From Candidatus Falkowbacteria bacterium (lineage in GTDB: Bacteria; Patescibacteriota; Patescibacteriia; UBA11705; JABHMO01): a DNA stretch of 64,000 bases. This document shows, piece by piece, positions 8,892 through 18,800 of the stretch. The stretch spans positions 4,635 to 68,634 of the forward strand of contig JABHAL010000001.1 in the NCBI GenBank assembly GCA_018674305.1. Reading direction: 5' to 3'. The position numbers were made by a program, and so were the translations under genes. Numbering within the stretch: position 1 is the stretch's first letter; each line of letters begins with the position of its first letter. A model generated the notes under the pieces. That model ran no database searches and was not told the origin of the DNA. It saw nothing but the letters and a program-made list of their open reading frames with translations.

Positions 8892-9380
8892 CTACGTAAT
8901 ATTCGGCTCCTTACCGTAAACAGGTATTACTAATTGTTTTCTTGTTTTTTTGCTTTCTTGCCCGCCTTGACCGCCGTCAGGCGAGGCAGGCTTTCGTGCT
9001 TCTGCCCAAACTTTTTCCAACTTTTCCTTTTCAGGCAAGTCCAACCACGATTTTTTCAACTGAACTCCAACAATCGGAATATTCAAACTGTGAGCCAAAG
9101 TATTGGCCGTAACAATTCCAATTCGCAAAGCTGAAAACTGTCCCGGCCCCTGAACGACGATAATGCCCTTTAGTTGTTCTTTAATTTTTGCTCCTTGCCC
9201 CTTAACCCTTCCTTGCCCTTTGCTCCTTAACCCTTGCCCCTCAAACAATCTATCGATTGTTTTCAACAACAACTCGGACTGTTTATACGGGTTTTCAACA
9301 GTTTTTATTTTCTCAATTTTATCTTCGCCAATGGCCAAAGAAAATCGAGCATTGCTTTCAGTTGAGATTAGTAAGTACAT
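8892..9380 (-). CDS. tsaB: tRNA t6A biosynthesis protein TsaB-like (truncated YeaZ, low-complexity insert)
   Basis: VVQGPGQFSALRIGIVTANTLAHSLNIPIVGV matches the TsaB GPGSFTG.RIG core; only the N-terminal domain is present. Confidence 0.6.
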   Translation of the reverse strand: MYLLISTESNARFSLAIGEDKIEKIKTVENPYKQSELLLKTIDRLFEGQGLRSKGQGRVKGQGAKIKEQLKGIIVVQGPGQFSALRIGIVTANTLAHSLNIPIVGVQLKKSWLDLPEKEKLEKVWAEARKPASPDGGQGGQESKKTRKQLVIPVYGKEPNIT

Positions 9381-9466
9381 AAATAATTAGTGATGAGTAA
9401 TAAGTGGTGAGTTGCCAATCAACAAAACCAACAAGAAGACCTTGGTCTACTAATAGCTGTTCTGGA

Positions 9467-10906
9467 TTAATCATAATAATTAATAATTTTCCCCATTACC
9501 ACAACACCTTCAACATCACCTTCAAAGAAAAATCTTCCACATACTTTACCTCCAACATTATGAACGTTCCTACAGTTTTTTATTTTCCTTCCTTCAATTT
9601 CAGTTATAATTTCTCCATTAATAACTGGGTAATAATCACCAGGGAGATCCTCAAATCTGGCGCTACAATTCAGTTTACCTTCAATAACCTCCACAGATTC
9701 TGTTTGCTTAATCTTATGCCCGTCAATCTCGCGGATTACTCGCCCTTCAACTATTGGATATTCTAGTACATACCCAGCCATTTGCCCAGGTCGTTTATAT
9801 GAAACTTTTGCTCTACCGTTTATAGAGTTTTCCGTATATTCAATATAATCAACATCATGTGAAACTGGATTATCATCTGGCAAATCATCAAGTTGTACTT
9901 CTTCACCACGGTTGACCACGACAACACCTTTGGATACTATTGATAGTCTTGCACAAAGTTTATTATCGATATTTTTAACATAACGACAATCAATTATTTC
10001 GTTGCCCTTAAACTCAACTATGTCCTTTCCGTCTATGACCGGAGTGTGTTTCCTTTGTTCAGTAAAACCTTTCGTGGTAATATAACCATTTAACTCACCA
10101 TTAATAAATTCTAATTCCTTAATATAATTAAGAGGGTGGCCATCCACTTGGTCAACTTCTGTCATCTTACCATTTTCCACATAAACTGGAATTCTTTTTG
10201 CTCTCCATTCTTGCGTTTTCGGATCAATATATTTATCATTCATGGAAAAACCAAAACTTCCAGTTGTTTGATCAAAATGGATATCCTCTGGATGAGCATA
10301 AACAGGGTCAGCAACTTCAAATTTATTATCTCCACATGCACCGACCTGTTCTAAAATCCTACCAGAATCATCAATCACAGCAATAGTCTTCCCAGATTCT
10401 AAATTGAAATGAGCCAGAATCTTCCCATTCTGAAAGCTCATGTCATAAACACTTTTTACTGAATATTTATTGCCGTCAGCATCAACCAACTCTCTGATAA
10501 TTTCTCCTTTGATTATCGGTAGCCAGACATCGTCTATACAAATACGGCCATACAACTTACCATTCATTTCAGCATAGCTGTTCCATTTATCCAACTTAAC
10601 ACTTAAGGCCTCTAGGTCATCTACAAAAGATTCAATCAAACCTGGATCAACCAGCTCCTTGTTAGCAAATGGTATTTTCTTAGTTTCAATAAACTCTACG
10701 ATCCGCTCTTTCTTGGCGATATAATTCCTCATCACTTGCAGTGTTTCTTTATCACCTGCCTCAGCCTTTGCTTTGAGCTCAGCAAAACCCAAACCTCCCG
10801 AAATCCTTTCCAGTTCAGACATTAATCTATCAAAATGTTGCTGCTGAAATTCGGTGAAGTTAGCTTTAAGTGCGTTTTCTTGTAATTGTTTTTCTGGATT
10901 TATCAT
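9467..10906 (-). CDS. paralog-family protein A: conserved 75-aa N-module + repeat-containing C-domain
   Basis: N-terminus MINPEKQLQENALKANFTEFQQQHFDRLMSELERISGGLGFAELKAKAEAGDKETLQVMRNYIAKKERIVEFIETKK; the C-terminus has ~35-aa internal repeats (V.G..I.EI.G.KIK). Confidence 0.6.
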   Translation of the reverse strand: MINPEKQLQENALKANFTEFQQQHFDRLMSELERISGGLGFAELKAKAEAGDKETLQVMRNYIAKKERIVEFIETKKIPFANKELVDPGLIESFVDDLEALSVKLDKWNSYAEMNGKLYGRICIDDVWLPIIKGEIIRELVDADGNKYSVKSVYDMSFQNGKILAHFNLESGKTIAVIDDSGRILEQVGACGDNKFEVADPVYAHPEDIHFDQTTGSFGFSMNDKYIDPKTQEWRAKRIPVYVENGKMTEVDQVDGHPLNYIKELEFINGELNGYITTKGFTEQRKHTPVIDGKDIVEFKGNEIIDCRYVKNIDNKLCARLSIVSKGVVVVNRGEEVQLDDLPDDNPVSHDVDYIEYTENSINGRAKVSYKRPGQMAGYVLEYPIVEGRVIREIDGHKIKQTESVEVIEGKLNCSARFEDLPGDYYPVINGEIITEIEGRKIKNCRNVHNVGGKVCGRFFFEGDVEGVVVMGKIINYYD

Positions 10907-11210
10907 ATTTAATGTGTATTATGTGTCAGATGTTACTCGTTATGTGTTACGTGTTACGTGCTACGTGCCTAGCTATTCTTTCTCAACCAACGTAAAACTC
11001 TCTTTAAATCCTGCTATTCCATTTGATAAATCAGCATATTCTTCTACGTTTTCGTAAGCTACCCTTATCTCAGCTTCCTTTGTGTTTAATTCTTTTGATC
11101 GTTTGACCAAGTTTTAGTTTTCCTTTTTCTAGTAGGAATTTGTAAAAATCTAATTAAAATTCGCCCCAAAGGGACCACTTCGTGGTAGATTCGGATTATA
11201 TTGTTCAGAT

Positions 11211-11936
11211 TTATTTCATAATTAAAGTTAAAAATCTTTTTTTTAATGATTTCGGGGTATGAATCATAGTCCTGTATAGCCCGCTTCCCAAATCAAACTC
11301 AATAGTTACATTATATCTACCAAACTTATAGTCAAAACAGATTACTTCAACAGATTCAATATCCTCAAGGCCTATTCCTGCTGGCAAATCCTTAATTGAC
11401 GGTGAGGAAGCACGAAATTCCAATTTTTGGCCAATGTAAATTCCCTCATATTTATTTAAGTCCAATTCGCCAGTCGCTTTATCAATAATTCTTGCAACAT
11501 GCTCATTTGTGGTAGAAACCACCTTACCATTCTTTAATTTAACATCTAAATACAAATATGATTCACCAGTTTCAGTAGAAGTATCAGACCTTTCTCCAAC
11601 GTACTCTCCCTGCTTGGCTCCATCACCAAAAAAGTCCACTGCCACTAAGTCACCTACTCTAAGTTCTTTATCCCGTAATGGAATAGTATCATAGTCGATT
11701 TCAATCTCTTTCGTTTCAATAAACTCAACTATCTGTTCTTTCTTAGCAACATAATCACGCAGCACTTGAAGTGCATCTTTATCACCGGCTTCTGCTTTTA
11801 CTTTCAGCTCAGTAAAACCCAAGCCACCTGAAATTTGTTCTAACTCAGACATTAACCTATCAAAATGCTCCTGCTGAACTTCAGTGAAGTTAACTTTTAA
11901 TGCCCTTTCTTGTAACTGTTGTTCTGGGTTAATCAT
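11211..11936 (-). CDS. paralog-family protein B
   Basis: same N-module (>65% identical), different C-domain; its C-region is distantly similar to D. Confidence 0.6.
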   Translation of the reverse strand: MINPEQQLQERALKVNFTEVQQEHFDRLMSELEQISGGLGFTELKVKAEAGDKDALQVLRDYVAKKEQIVEFIETKEIEIDYDTIPLRDKELRVGDLVAVDFFGDGAKQGEYVGERSDTSTETGESYLYLDVKLKNGKVVSTTNEHVARIIDKATGELDLNKYEGIYIGQKLEFRASSPSIKDLPAGIGLEDIESVEVICFDYKFGRYNVTIEFDLGSGLYRTMIHTPKSLKKRFLTLIMK

Positions 11937-12616
11937 ACATCCTCATATAATAGTTTAAACTCGGGTATTGATAAACAAGGGAACCTTTTTTCTCCCTCAT
12001 GATCACGATACAAATACTTCACATTAACTTGATGACTGTTATCAGTCCAACCAAACTCCAAAACCGTTACTTCCTTGGAGCCTAACATTTGCTTATCTTT
12101 ACATTTATATTTTTTCCCTCTTTCTAAACCACTCATAGCATTTCGAGCAATCAATTCTAAACTTGTACCACCTTCAGCTTGAGTTGTTGTGCCAACTAAC
12201 TTGATAACATCACTTTGTAAAACCCTCTCATTAGAACCATACTGGCGCCTTACTAAAATTATATTACCACTTCTGGCTCTTTCAATCCTAAGCACCTCTG
12301 CAACAATTGGGAACGAAGAATGATAACGTACTACCACTTGATCCCCAACATGAATTTCTTCATCATATTTTTCAAAATGCTCAGGGTCCTTTTTCTTTTC
12401 AATAAACTCCACAATCTGCTCTTTCTTCGCAATGTAATCTCGAAGCACCTGCAACGCTTCTTTGTCACCGGTTTCAGCTTTTTCTTTAAGCTCATCAAAA
12501 CCCAAGCCACCTGAAACCACTTCCAATTCAGACATTAACCTATCAAAATGCTCTTGCTGAACTTCGGTAAAGCTAGCTTTGAGTGCGTTTTCAGTTAGTT
12601 GTTCTATACTTTTCAT
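11933..12616 (-). CDS. paralog-family protein C
   Basis: same N-module, unrelated C-domain; 4-nt overlap with B. Confidence 0.6.
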   Translation of the reverse strand: MKSIEQLTENALKASFTEVQQEHFDRLMSELEVVSGGLGFDELKEKAETGDKEALQVLRDYIAKKEQIVEFIEKKKDPEHFEKYDEEIHVGDQVVVRYHSSFPIVAEVLRIERARSGNIILVRRQYGSNERVLQSDVIKLVGTTTQAEGGTSLELIARNAMSGLERGKKYKCKDKQMLGSKEVTVLEFGWTDNSHQVNVKYLYRDHEGEKRFPCLSIPEFKLLYEDV

Positions 12617-12721
12617 GTTTGATATTCTTTATTAAATATTGGATACTGTGTATTAGATATTTTACTCGTTATTGTTCTCGTCCCGCATAGCGGGATCCCG
12701 TTTGCGGGAGATTTAACATAA

Positions 12722-13453
12722 TTAAACTTTCTCATATAATTTTTCTAAATCTTTTGGTGAATATAAAACAGAGGATGCTGAGCTACCATCTTTATACAAA
12801 ATATCCAAACTTATTTTTAATCCATTAAATACATGCCAAAACCCCACAACTAAAATTGAATCAATTTGCTCAATATTAAGTGGTATACCCTGAGCTTCCG
12901 GCAACGGACTTTTTATTTTTAACTTTTGACCCGTAAAAAACCCTCCGTATTTATTCAAATCCAACTTACCACTTTGTTCATTAACAATCTCTGCCACTAT
13001 ATGAGGCCTAACCACGTGGCGCTTATCCCCAAAATCAACAGAATAATATACGGTGCCATCGTCATATCGACTTATTGAAGCAATTACTCCTTTTGATCCA
13101 GCGGGGATACCGGGATTATAATACCGTAAAACAATCACCTCGTCACCACGCTGTAACTCTTTATTTCTAAATGGTATATCATTATAAGAAACAGGTGTTT
13201 CTTTAGTTTCAATAAAAACCACAATTTGCTCTTTTTTGACGATGTAATCCCTCATCACTTGAAGTGCTTCTTTGTCACCAGCCTCAGCCTTCTCTTTTAA
13301 TTCAGCGAAGCCTAAGCCACCTGAGATCACTTCTAATTCCGACATCAGTTTATCAAAATGCGCCTGCTGAACTTCGGTGAAGCTAGCGTGGAGTGCGTTT
13401 TGTTGTAGTTGCTCTAAGTTTTTCATAGAAAAACGTTCTTGTTTAAGGGTCAA
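12722..13453 (-). CDS. paralog-family protein D
   Basis: same N-module after a 10-aa leader; C-domain shares GxLDLNKYxGxxxGQKL with B. Confidence 0.6.
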   Translation of the reverse strand: MTLKQERFSMKNLEQLQQNALHASFTEVQQAHFDKLMSELEVISGGLGFAELKEKAEAGDKEALQVMRDYIVKKEQIVVFIETKETPVSYNDIPFRNKELQRGDEVIVLRYYNPGIPAGSKGVIASISRYDDGTVYYSVDFGDKRHVVRPHIVAEIVNEQSGKLDLNKYGGFFTGQKLKIKSPLPEAQGIPLNIEQIDSILVVGFWHVFNGLKISLDILYKDGSSASSVLYSPKDLEKLYEKV

Positions 13454-13506
13454 AGTATATTCTTCAATAATTACTTTTCCTTTTTACCTTTGAACTTTTA
13501 ACTAAT

Positions 13507-14910
13507 TTATTCATGTATAATCACTGGCGTGCTAATCGGTGCCCACTTGTAAAGTGCTTCTGCTGGACCAACACCAAGTCGAACGCAACCATGCGAAACT
13601 GCCTTCCCTAAATGATCTTCACCTTCTTTATAACCATTCGGCCATTCTGGCAACTCGTGTAACCCATAGCGGGGTTTAAACGACATCCACCAAGGCATAT
13701 ATAAACCATATGTTGCAGAATAGGCTCGTGGTGATTTTTGAAAAATTTTAAATTCGCCGAGAGGCGTGGGCATAGACTTCAATCCACTGGAAATTATATA
13801 TTGGTCAACTAATTTTCCATTTTGATAATATTTTAGTTTTTGTTCTGAAATATCAATATCAATATATTTATGTAAAAACCCCTTTCCACCATCTCCAAGT
13901 TGTTGTGGCATGGTTATCAATTCTAATTGATCATCATTATTAATGTCAGAATAGTCAACGTTTACTCCCCCGCGAAAATCCTCGTCGTAGGCAAAAAAAG
14001 ATGGCTTGTCTATCAATTCGCCAAATGAATCAAAGAAACGAACATGAGGACCACCACTGTAGCCAGCTCCAGTTACAATTATGTTTCGCTCCAAAGTTTT
14101 GGCAACTGAAAAATTAACACCTCCACCAAAGCCAGGATGATAAGCAAAAAACTCTTTGATCATCGAACCGTCTCGACGAAAAATTTTAACCTTAGGAGAA
14201 TTACCAGACCCTAAACCGACAATTACTTCTTCAATGCCGTCACTCCCCAAATCAACAGCTTCAATTTTTACTGGCTCAAAATTATTTTCCAATTCAATTT
14301 CAATCGGCTGACCAATCTCCTCACCAAACCTAGTAAAAAATTTGATCCAACCACGAGAACCTTCTATCACGCTAACAATAATTTCTTTTTGTGAATCGCC
14401 ATCCACATCACCAGCCGTCACTTCCACTCCACCGCGATAATCCTTGTTATGAGCCCAGAAACCAAATGTATATAGTGGCTGGCCCTGGCCGTTGAATATT
14501 CGTATTTGTGGCCCACCGCCCGCGCCAGGGCCAGCAATGATCTCTTCACGCCCATCTCCATCCAGATCTGCTACAGCTAATGAAATTTCACCTGTAAAAC
14601 CTGGGGCATATGGTTGCCATTGATTTTGCAAGTTGCCCTCAAAATCAAAAATCTGAATTGTTGGCTGATCTTGATTACCCAAAGCAACTGCCAACTGCTT
14701 ATTACCAGATCCCTGTAAATCAATAGTTTGAAACCGCAAGCTACCTGAAAAATCATTAGGCATGATGTCCAACGTCTTTTCTAGCTTCAAGTCTTGATCG
14801 TAAACCATTAAGTCCGGCAAATCGCTTGCCAAAGAAGTTTGGACAAATAAAAAAAGCCCCCCGCAAAGGACTAAAACAAAAATCACTTGACTTTTCATAT
14901 ATTTAAGCAT
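13507..14910 (-). CDS. secreted FG-GAP-repeat protein with C-terminal L,D-transpeptidase (YkuD) domain
   Basis: signal peptide; repeated DLDGDG.EEII.G.G.GGGP..R.F units; C-terminal SHGCVRL catalytic motif. Confidence 0.7.
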   Translation of the reverse strand: MLKYMKSQVIFVLVLCGGLFLFVQTSLASDLPDLMVYDQDLKLEKTLDIMPNDFSGSLRFQTIDLQGSGNKQLAVALGNQDQPTIQIFDFEGNLQNQWQPYAPGFTGEISLAVADLDGDGREEIIAGPGAGGGPQIRIFNGQGQPLYTFGFWAHNKDYRGGVEVTAGDVDGDSQKEIIVSVIEGSRGWIKFFTRFGEEIGQPIEIELENNFEPVKIEAVDLGSDGIEEVIVGLGSGNSPKVKIFRRDGSMIKEFFAYHPGFGGGVNFSVAKTLERNIIVTGAGYSGGPHVRFFDSFGELIDKPSFFAYDEDFRGGVNVDYSDINNDDQLELITMPQQLGDGGKGFLHKYIDIDISEQKLKYYQNGKLVDQYIISSGLKSMPTPLGEFKIFQKSPRAYSATYGLYMPWWMSFKPRYGLHELPEWPNGYKEGEDHLGKAVSHGCVRLGVGPAEALYKWAPISTPVIIHE

Positions 14911-14926
14911 GGTTCTTGGCTAATTA

Positions 14927-15568
14927 TTAACTGATTATTTCAGTGTATTGAGAATCAATCTTTTTCTTGGCCAAATTATTAATAATAACGATATGACCAT
15001 CATTATCCATTATACTCTCTAAAAAATTATCTGCAATGTCTTTCCTTAAATTATACTCTGCTAATGTCAATAAAGTATAACGAATCTCCTTGCCTAATTC
15101 TTTTTCAAATTTCCTAAAACTCTCTTTTGCTTTCACTATGTCAAAGTCTCCGATAATAACAACGTCTGTTTCATCCTTATCCTTGTCAACAAACAATCCC
15201 CCAAAAGCCATATAATGAATATCACCCAATCGCTTGATCTTTTCTACTAATTTCTTTTCCAGGAGTATCTTACCCTTGTTAAACAAATTAGTTAAATCTT
15301 GCAAAAATAGATTCTTGGTGTTCAAGGAATAAAACTTTTTTACATTCAAACCTTTTTTTAGAGGCTTTTCATTTTCTGAATTATCAACAGCTTCCTCAGC
15401 CTGAATTATCTTCAAATTTACGAGATTATCAAGCTCTCTCCGAATAGAATTAATCAAAGAATCAGTTAAACGTGTTAGTTCCCGAACAAAAAATTTCTTT
15501 TCTGGATTATCCAGAAAAACCTTTATCAACTTCACGCGCGTCTTTGAACCAAATAATTGTTCAAACAT
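14927..15568 (-). CDS. winged-helix domain protein, putative regulator
   Basis: N-terminal wHTH-like segment (VRELTRLTDSLINSIRRELDNLVNLKII); C-terminus not assignable. Confidence 0.35.
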   Translation of the reverse strand: MFEQLFGSKTRVKLIKVFLDNPEKKFFVRELTRLTDSLINSIRRELDNLVNLKIIQAEEAVDNSENEKPLKKGLNVKKFYSLNTKNLFLQDLTNLFNKGKILLEKKLVEKIKRLGDIHYMAFGGLFVDKDKDETDVVIIGDFDIVKAKESFRKFEKELGKEIRYTLLTLAEYNLRKDIADNFLESIMDNDGHIVIINNLAKKKIDSQYTEIIS

Positions 15569-15614
15569 ATTTTATTACCATCTTGCCATTATCCCCCTTT
15601 TGTGGCTCAAATAG

Positions 15615-15644
15615 TTGATTATTTCTTTGCAAGTATAGTATAAT
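15615..15644 (+). promoter_or_regulatory. sigma70-type promoter (TTGATT, 18 nt, TATAAT)
   Basis: consensus-like hexamers 77 nt upstream of the only long plus-strand gene. Confidence 0.5.
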
Positions 15645-15720
15645 ATATATGTTGTTAAAACGTCAAATTAATAAGGGCTAAAATCACAACTATCTATTAA
15701 CGTTAAATCTAATTTTTCCC

Positions 15721-17922
15721 ATGGAACCAAATCACGATATTACCATCGAGGAACTGTATATCCCTTCAAAGCACGAAAAAAACACATACTTATGTGAAGA
15801 TTTTATTATTTATCCAGAAGGCAAAGAAAAAAACGGTGGCTATTTAATGGGTATTATTGAAATCAGGGCAACAAACATTGATGAAAGTGAAAAAATTGTT
15901 CAAACCATAATCAACAATCTCAAAGAGCATTATTACAATCAAATCAATTCATCACCCGAGCCACATAAACTCAATCTAGAAACAGTTTTCGAACACGCAC
16001 TACAAAAGACTAATGCTGCGCTAGTAGAAATGATACAAATCGGTCATATAAATCTAGTACTGGAAAATCTTCATTATGTTATCGCTGTAGCAAAGCCAAA
16101 TCAAGTCAAAAAAGAAATTGATTTTGTGTTTGCACATCAAGGGTTGATTCAAGTCTATTTATTACACAAAACCAAACAAAACAATTACAAGGTTTTAAAC
16201 ATAGTTGACAATACACCTCGAATCAAAGAGGAACAGTCTGACAAGCTAAAGATTTTTTCATCAACAATCAATGGAAAGATTTTTCACCACAATGCACTAT
16301 ACCTATGCTCAGAAATTTTCAGCAACTATATCCCTGCCCACAAAGTAAACAAAATCCTTTCCAGCAATGACTTATCAACAGCAATTGATTATTTCAAGAA
16401 CCTAATCAACAATGTAAAAAACAACTCCCACCTCACCTACTGCTCACTATTCATAAAAATGGAAGAAAAACGCAGCATATCTGATCAACCAATCTCCCAA
16501 CGATCAATTAACAAACTAATTGACACCAAGGACATTACTGAAAAATATTTATCACCCAATGTTGCTTTAAACATCTGGGGCACGTTGGGCAAAGTAATTG
16601 GCTGGGTCAAGAGTAAAAAAAGCAAGAAAACACTCCACTCTCCAAAAAATGAAAAGAAAATGAAATTTGGTATTCTAAAGTACATACTTAATGTAATAAA
16701 AATATTTGGCAGCTCTATTACTAAAATCGGAAAATCTATTGTAAATATATTTACTGGAAAAAGAAAACCAAAAACCGAAAAAACAGGTTCCCTAACTGCT
16801 CGCGCTGGAAAAAAATTATTCAGTTTACCAAAATTCAACAAAGCTCTTTTAATTTCTATTATTGTATTGATAGTAATATTTATATCTGGCATCTTTTGGA
16901 TGAATCACAATAAACAAGTCAAAGCTGATCAAGCTGCTTATACAACTGAAATACAAAAAGCAAAAAACTTTATTAACAATGCCCAAGTTAATTTAATCTA
17001 TAAAAATGAAAGCAAAAGCTTGGAGTTAATAAAACAGGCTGAGCAAATAATTCAGTACCTACCCCAAGCCTCAACTGTACAAAAAGCTAATCACACTGAA
17101 CTAACACGCCAAACTGAAAATATTAAAAATAAATTACTACACATTACTACACTTACACCACAATTAATTACAGAAATAAAAAAAGACGATCAACCAGTAC
17201 AACTAGCAAGCCTAAAAAAGATTGGGCAATCACTTTACACAAATAACCATAATAACAATTTATACTCAGTCAATTTGGACAACAAACAAACCACGTCCCT
17301 GAGCACCAGTACAGCTGGAGACTTTAATTTGAGCTTGCAGGAAGATGACAATCTGTACTTTATTACAAACCAAAACAAATTAATCAGATTTAATTCCGAA
17401 TCTAATGACTACAACACCTTATCTATTGACTGGGGAGAAAGTACAAATATTACAGCTGTTCAACTTTACAGTAAAAATATCTACGTATTAGACAAAGCCA
17501 AAGAACAAATCATCAAATGGAAAGCTAATGGCGATGACTTTGGCACAAGTACAAACTGGATAAAAGACAAAGGTGATGCTGTTTTAACTAAAGCTACCAG
17601 CCTGACAATTGATGGTAATATCTATATTGCCACAGAGCAAGGACAAATTTATAAATTCTTCACAGGAAGCAAGCAAGACTTTAACCTAACGACCATTGAA
17701 CCTAGTCTTAACGGTATCACAAAATTGTACACTTCACTTGACTTGGACCGTATTTACATCTTGGAAAGTAACAGTAAACGTATTGTGGTAATTAACAAGG
17801 AAGGTGCATTTGTAGCTCAATACTTATTTGACCTACTAGATCAAAACATTTCTGACTTTATTATCGAAGGCAAAACTCTATATTTAACTGTTGGCGGTAA
17901 ACTATACCAAGCTGAATTATAG
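15721..17922 (+). CDS. hypothetical bitopic membrane protein (cytoplasmic N-domain, TM, probable beta-propeller ectodomain)
   Basis: 733 aa; central TM ALLISIIVLIVIFISGIFWM; repetitive YxL/YVLD-type C-terminus. Confidence 0.5.
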   Translation: MEPNHDITIEELYIPSKHEKNTYLCEDFIIYPEGKEKNGGYLMGIIEIRATNIDESEKIVQTIINNLKEHYYNQINSSPEPHKLNLETVFEHALQKTNAALVEMIQIGHINLVLENLHYVIAVAKPNQVKKEIDFVFAHQGLIQVYLLHKTKQNNYKVLNIVDNTPRIKEEQSDKLKIFSSTINGKIFHHNALYLCSEIFSNYIPAHKVNKILSSNDLSTAIDYFKNLINNVKNNSHLTYCSLFIKMEEKRSISDQPISQRSINKLIDTKDITEKYLSPNVALNIWGTLGKVIGWVKSKKSKKTLHSPKNEKKMKFGILKYILNVIKIFGSSITKIGKSIVNIFTGKRKPKTEKTGSLTARAGKKLFSLPKFNKALLISIIVLIVIFISGIFWMNHNKQVKADQAAYTTEIQKAKNFINNAQVNLIYKNESKSLELIKQAEQIIQYLPQASTVQKANHTELTRQTENIKNKLLHITTLTPQLITEIKKDDQPVQLASLKKIGQSLYTNNHNNNLYSVNLDNKQTTSLSTSTAGDFNLSLQEDDNLYFITNQNKLIRFNSESNDYNTLSIDWGESTNITAVQLYSKNIYVLDKAKEQIIKWKANGDDFGTSTNWIKDKGDAVLTKATSLTIDGNIYIATEQGQIYKFFTGSKQDFNLTTIEPSLNGITKLYTSLDLDRIYILESNSKRIVVINKEGAFVAQYLFDLLDQNISDFIIEGKTLYLTVGGKLYQAEL

Positions 17923-17933
17923 TTATAATAAAA

Positions 17934-17989
17934 AACAGGCTATGAAGGCGAAGATGCGTATCTTTGCCTTCATAGCCTGTTTTATTTTC
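17934..17989. terminator. bidirectional rho-independent terminator between convergent genes
   Basis: 16-bp perfect stem aacaggctatgaaggc/gccttcatagcctgtt followed by a T-run. Confidence 0.75.
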
Positions 17990-17995
17990 AAAAAA

Positions 17996-18319
17996 TTAAA
18001 GCAAAAACAAGAAAACAATCACAGTCAGTATCAATAACCAGCCCAGATTGTAGGCTAACTGCTTTACTGCTTGCGACCAATCCTTCTTTAGCAACAAATA
18101 TACGGGCTTCCCAAACAATAAACTTCCGACAGTCGCTACTGACAGCACAAGCAACAATAAGACTGCAACAAATGTTAAATAGCCACCTTCATTACCATTA
18201 CCAAACAATTCTTCACCTCGGCTCATCAACAAGGAAACTAAACCAACATACGCAACGGTACAGGCTGCATACAAAAACCCCCAGGATAGATCATTGCACT
18301 TACATTTACATTTAAACAT
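17996..18319 (-). CDS. hypothetical small membrane protein
   Basis: three predicted TM helices; CKCKC N-terminus. Confidence 0.4.
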   Translation of the reverse strand: MFKCKCKCNDLSWGFLYAACTVAYVGLVSLLMSRGEELFGNGNEGGYLTFVAVLLLLVLSVATVGSLLFGKPVYLLLKKDWSQAVKQLAYNLGWLLILTVIVFLFLL

Positions 18320-18377
18320 ACGAATATTTTATTTATATTTTCATTATAACAAACATAGGACAAAACATAAAACGCCC

Positions 18378-18405
18378 TGAATTAGATTCAGGACGTTAAG
18401 CTTAT
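18378..18405 (-). terminator. rho-independent terminator
   Basis: cctgaat/attcagg stem then ttttatgtttt on the minus strand, after the 18435..18800 gene. Confidence 0.5.
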
Positions 18406-18434
18406 CCAATTGCCCACTCTGGGACAGCCCATCC

Positions 18435-18800
18435 TTACACTTCTTGACCTGAGGTCTCAACAAGCTCCACAGTTGGATTCGCACTTTTAACAAAATTCAG
18501 TTCGTATTTTCTTGGCGACGATTGAGGGGGATCAGTAAACTCAGTCAAAACTACAGTTACTTGAACTTCTAGTTCTTTATTAACTCCACATAACGCAGTC
18601 AATTTATACGTGTGGCCATTCATATCCATGCAGATTGCTACAACATAGTACTCTCCGGGAGCATCTGCTTCCCTTAATGTTACATCTGACAACAGGATCT
18701 TTCCAAAACCTGGATTAATTTCATCAGCACAAACCTCTATCCCTTCTGGCAAATACCGTAATATAGCGATTTGAGCTATATTTAAAGTAACTTCTCCCAT
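18435..18800 (-). CDS. hypothetical protein
   Basis: own promoter (TTGACA, 17 nt, TATTAT at ~18870-18898) and SD AGGAG; GC somewhat above background. Confidence 0.45.
   Translation of the reverse strand: MGEVTLNIAQIAILRYLPEGIEVCADEINPGFGKILLSDVTLREADAPGEYYVVAICMDMNGHTYKLTALCGVNKELEVQVTVVLTEFTDPPQSSPRKYELNFVKSANPTVELVETSGQEV

Noticed and set aside
9404-9766. 120-aa plus-strand ORF overlapping the paralog A 3' end
   Set aside because: Antisense to the conserved C-terminal repeats of paralog A and of low complexity.
10854-11057. 67-aa plus-strand ORF
   Set aside because: It translates the GTTACGTG repeat tract (VTRYVLRVTCYV), has no RBS, and lies antisense in a minus-strand operon. It is a repeat artefact.
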